NCBI GenBank assembly: GCA_965196985.1
Contig: CBDALO010000039.1
Span: 4,575 to 68,574, forward strand
DNA: 64,000 bases
Source: Gammaproteobacteria bacterium
Lineage (GTDB): Bacteria > Pseudomonadota > Gammaproteobacteria > UBA12402
Direction of reading: 5' to 3'
In this document: in pieces, positions 61,639 to 64,000 of the stretch
Position numbering within the stretch: the stretch's first letter is position 1
Layout of the letters: each line of letters starts with the position of its first letter
Notes under the pieces: model-generated
What the model saw: only the letters and a program-made list of their open reading frames with translations
Database searches by the model: none
What the model was told of the DNA's origin: nothing
Position numbers and translations under genes: made by a program

Positions 61639-62258
61639 CTCACTACCTCAAATAGTTCAGCATATTTTTGCTGTACCTGAGTACCCCGCACACAAGCTAA
61701 TGAGCGAGTAAACTCCGCTGACGTATAACGTCGGTGTTGTTGAGACTGATAACAACCGATAGCTTTTATTTTAAGTTCTAACTGCTCTTCACTAATAACG
61801 CTATAAAATGTGTTGGTAAAATTTCGATTATTCCATGGAACTTCATAAGATAAGATGGTGATATTTTTAAAAGCCCTAAACCCTTCCTGCGCAACTACAC
61901 TATGATCTTGATGACAATCATCAAGTGAAGGCATAAAAACTACGTCTGGATTAAGTTTATTCCTAAACTGAATCATATCATCAAGAATATCCTGCCGCCT
62001 TTCAAAAAACCTTCGAACAGTATAATCCAAAGTAACAACAGCCTCAGACTCCAAACCAAGCACCGCTGTTGCAGCACGTAGCTCATTGCTTAAAGTATCT
62101 CGAGGGTATCCCGCCGGCAAAGAATCTTCCGCAGTAGAAAAAGCAAGGTAGGTTACCTTTGAACCACCCTCAATAGATTTAGCCAAAGTACCGCCACAAC
62201 CTATTTCACCATCATCAGTATGAGGAGCTAAAACTAAGATGTTTTTCCCAAAAAACAT
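61623..62258 (-). CDS. PIG-L/LmbE-family deacetylase
   Basis: ..ILVLAPHTDDGEIGCGGT.. and ..HQDH.. motifs, 211 aa. Confidence 0.75.
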   Translation of the reverse strand: MFFGKNILVLAPHTDDGEIGCGGTLAKSIEGGSKVTYLAFSTAEDSLPAGYPRDTLSNELRAATAVLGLESEAVVTLDYTVRRFFERRQDILDDMIQFRNKLNPDVVFMPSLDDCHQDHSVVAQEGFRAFKNITILSYEVPWNNRNFTNTFYSVISEEQLELKIKAIGCYQSQQHRRYTSAEFTRSLACVRGTQVQQKYAELFEVVRCVSI

Positions 62259-62291
62259 AAACTCAAGATCCCATCCAAATTCGCAAGAATA

Positions 62292-63413
62292 TCACATAGG
62301 CTCCATAATTTCACGATAAAGCGTTTGTAGTTTTTTGGATTCGGCCGCCCAATTATATAAATCATGGGCTGCGTCATAGCCATTTTTCCTTAGCCGAAAG
62401 GCTTGTTCCTGATTTATAAGAAGTGACTGGATAGCTAAACATAGTTGATCTGCATTGTTTGGCTCAACACAAATACCACAGTTATTTTTAGTAATAACCT
62501 CTTCGATTCCAGGAATATTGGATCCAATAGCAATCAAACCTGCTGACATATACTCAAATAACTTGGTAGGCAACCCCAAACGAAAAGGGGGAATGTCATG
62601 CACTACAACCAAACCTATATCACAAGACCTAAGCACGCCAGCAACTTCCAAGTAACTTTTAGAACCTAAGTACTCAACATCCTTCCAACCTGGCAGTTGC
62701 TCGCACTCAGTCTGAAACTTAGCTGTAGTAAAGCTCCCACAAAGCACCAGCTTAAGACCAAGCTTATGCGTAGCACAGATGTATTCTTTAATCCCCCTAA
62801 CTTCAGTTAAGCTACCTACATAGCACAATTTGACTGGCTCACTAAATTGTTGCCTTATTAATTTCGGCGCAAATCGCTCAAATTCCACGTAGTTTCTAAT
62901 AGTCACAACCTTTCTTACAGCACCATGAAAGTTGCTTTCAATATCTTTTGTTGCCGCAACAACAGCACTAAATGACTTGCTAATTCTCTTTTCAATAAAA
63001 TTTGCAAACTTAGAAACCATTGGTTTCAAGCAGCTAGGAATCCAATCTTTATAATAGATATCTTTGGGAAGGTCTTCGTGCACATCATAAACAATCCGCT
63101 TACCTTTTTTTGCCAAAAGGTAACCAACTAAAATTAACTCAGGATCATGTATATGATAAATATCAGCATCAAGTTGGCAGCACTTTCTGTACAAAAAAGG
63201 AATTGTAGCAATTGGCCTTAAAAGTCTATTTTTAGGAACAGGAGCTGCTATTAACTTTACCTTATTTTTTTCAAGGTCTTTAGAAACCCTACACAATAAA
63301 CTAACATCATAGCCCGCATCAGCTAGTGACACACATTCTTTGTAATAAATGCGCACATCATAAGGAGAATGAACTGTTGTTAAGTGTAAGATTTTTCCTA
63401 ACGTTGCTTTCAC
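62292..63413 (-). CDS. glycosyltransferase (GT4/GT1-like)
   Basis: 373 aa. ..GLPTKLFEYMSAGLIAIGS.. EX7E-like region. Confidence 0.65.
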   Translation of the reverse strand: MKATLGKILHLTTVHSPYDVRIYYKECVSLADAGYDVSLLCRVSKDLEKNKVKLIAAPVPKNRLLRPIATIPFLYRKCCQLDADIYHIHDPELILVGYLLAKKGKRIVYDVHEDLPKDIYYKDWIPSCLKPMVSKFANFIEKRISKSFSAVVAATKDIESNFHGAVRKVVTIRNYVEFERFAPKLIRQQFSEPVKLCYVGSLTEVRGIKEYICATHKLGLKLVLCGSFTTAKFQTECEQLPGWKDVEYLGSKSYLEVAGVLRSCDIGLVVVHDIPPFRLGLPTKLFEYMSAGLIAIGSNIPGIEEVITKNNCGICVEPNNADQLCLAIQSLLINQEQAFRLRKNGYDAAHDLYNWAAESKKLQTLYREIMEPM

Positions 63414-63421
63414 ATTACGCC

Positions 63422-64000
63422 CTACTGAATAATACTCTCATACAGCTTATCAATACGATCTAATTGAGCCTCCCAGCAAAACTCCTTTCTAAAGACCTTA
63501 AGCTCCTTATCACTAAGCTGATAGTCCGAGCAAGCACTAATTACCTGATTTAAAGAAAAGGCTACTTCAATCGGATTGTTATTCTTCAACACAATTCCTC
63601 GGCTGTGTTTTGTAACAAACTCAGCCATTTCAGGTTGATTAGAGACAACCACTGGCAGCCCAGCCATTAGCATTTCAAAAAACTTGTTTGGCATAGCATA
63701 TAAATAGCTTTTACAAATAGGTTCTGATAAAGCCACGCCAACGCTAGCACTTGCGATAAATTGATAAACATCTGCCGAAGGAACTGGAGGAACAAAGTGG
63801 ATTCGATCAGTTGCCTTAATTTTCTTAGCAAGGCATTTTAACTTTTCTATGGTAGAGACGTTCTGCGGACCAACCATTGCCAAGTGTACCCCATCTAAAA
63901 AAGCCATCGCCTCTACCAAACTATCAAGACACCGATCTTCTGTAACTAGCCCTACGTAAACAACCAACGGCTTTGTAATGCTTAAATTAAGGCGTTGTCG
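63422..64000 (-). CDS. glycosyltransferase, C-terminal part (5' end outside window)
   Basis: The frame is open to base 64000 (..RQRLNLSITKPLVVYVGLV..). ..MPNKFFEMLMAGLPVV.. motif. Confidence 0.65.
   Translation of the reverse strand, partial: RQRLNLSITKPLVVYVGLVTEDRCLDSLVEAMAFLDGVHLAMVGPQNVSTIEKLKCLAKKIKATDRIHFVPPVPSADVYQFIASASVGVALSEPICKSYLYAMPNKFFEMLMAGLPVVVSNQPEMAEFVTKHSRGIVLKNNNPIEVAFSLNQVISACSDYQLSDKELKVFRKEFCWEAQLDRIDKLYESIIQ

Noticed and set aside
1-64000. Search by eye for CRISPR arrays, tRNA/rRNA genes, and defence or toxin-antitoxin modules
   Set aside because: I found no short regularly spaced repeats, no cloverleaf-like or rRNA-like sequence, and no nuclease/ATPase/methylase gene sets outside the mobile elements. 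Absence should be confirmed with tRNAscan, Infernal and defence-system finders.
1-64000. Assigning the window to a specific genus (for example a Legionellales- or Piscirickettsia-like intracellular bacterium)
   Set aside because: The AT-rich composition, IS overload and gene content are suggestive only. I cannot verify taxonomy without a database search.

Overview
AT-rich, gammaproteobacterial-looking chromosomal window. I cannot assign a taxon from the sequence alone. By my own tally of the element boundaries below, about 35 kb of the 64 kb is insertion-sequence DNA from about a dozen families: IS256 x7, an IS5-like 960-bp element x3, an IS5/IS1182-like element x2, an IS91-like element x2, IS110-family x2, IS66, a single-ORF IS66/ISBst12-like element, ISKra4-like, IS4-like, IS1634-like, IS982-like, and a three-gene TGT..ACA transposon.

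With the IS layers removed, three blocks of host genes appear.

(1) 540-37585: a giant repeat adhesin (cadherin/VCBS-like tandem domains, a seven-blade FG-GAP propeller, RTX nonapeptides) followed by its type I secretion genes (ABC, MFP, TolC-like). Every gene is broken by IS insertions, a deletion joint or frameshifts. Most breaks can be rejoined in frame using the target-site duplications.

(2) 37590-44041: intact housekeeping genes (hemW, mdh, an MFS transporter) and a tandem pair of 445-aa paralogs of unknown function.

(3) 44172-64000: an LPS/O-antigen-type cluster. It holds wbpE-wbpA-wbpB-wbpD (the UDP-2,3-diacetamido-2,3-dideoxy-glucuronate pathway), wzm/wzt, three glycosyltransferases, a PIG-L deacetylase, an LpxD-like acyltransferase, an ACP and a truncated SDR. 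A 9-kb IS island cuts it in two and destroyed an ABC exporter gene.

I saw no tRNA, rRNA or CRISPR array and no recognisable defence system. The items most worth follow-up are the unknown paralog pair, the three-gene transposon, the long non-coding ends of the IS110-family elements (candidate bridge/seek RNAs), and the exactly resolvable nested IS stack inside the tolC-like gene. All coordinates and junctions come from reading the sequence. Family names are motif-based recognition, not database hits.
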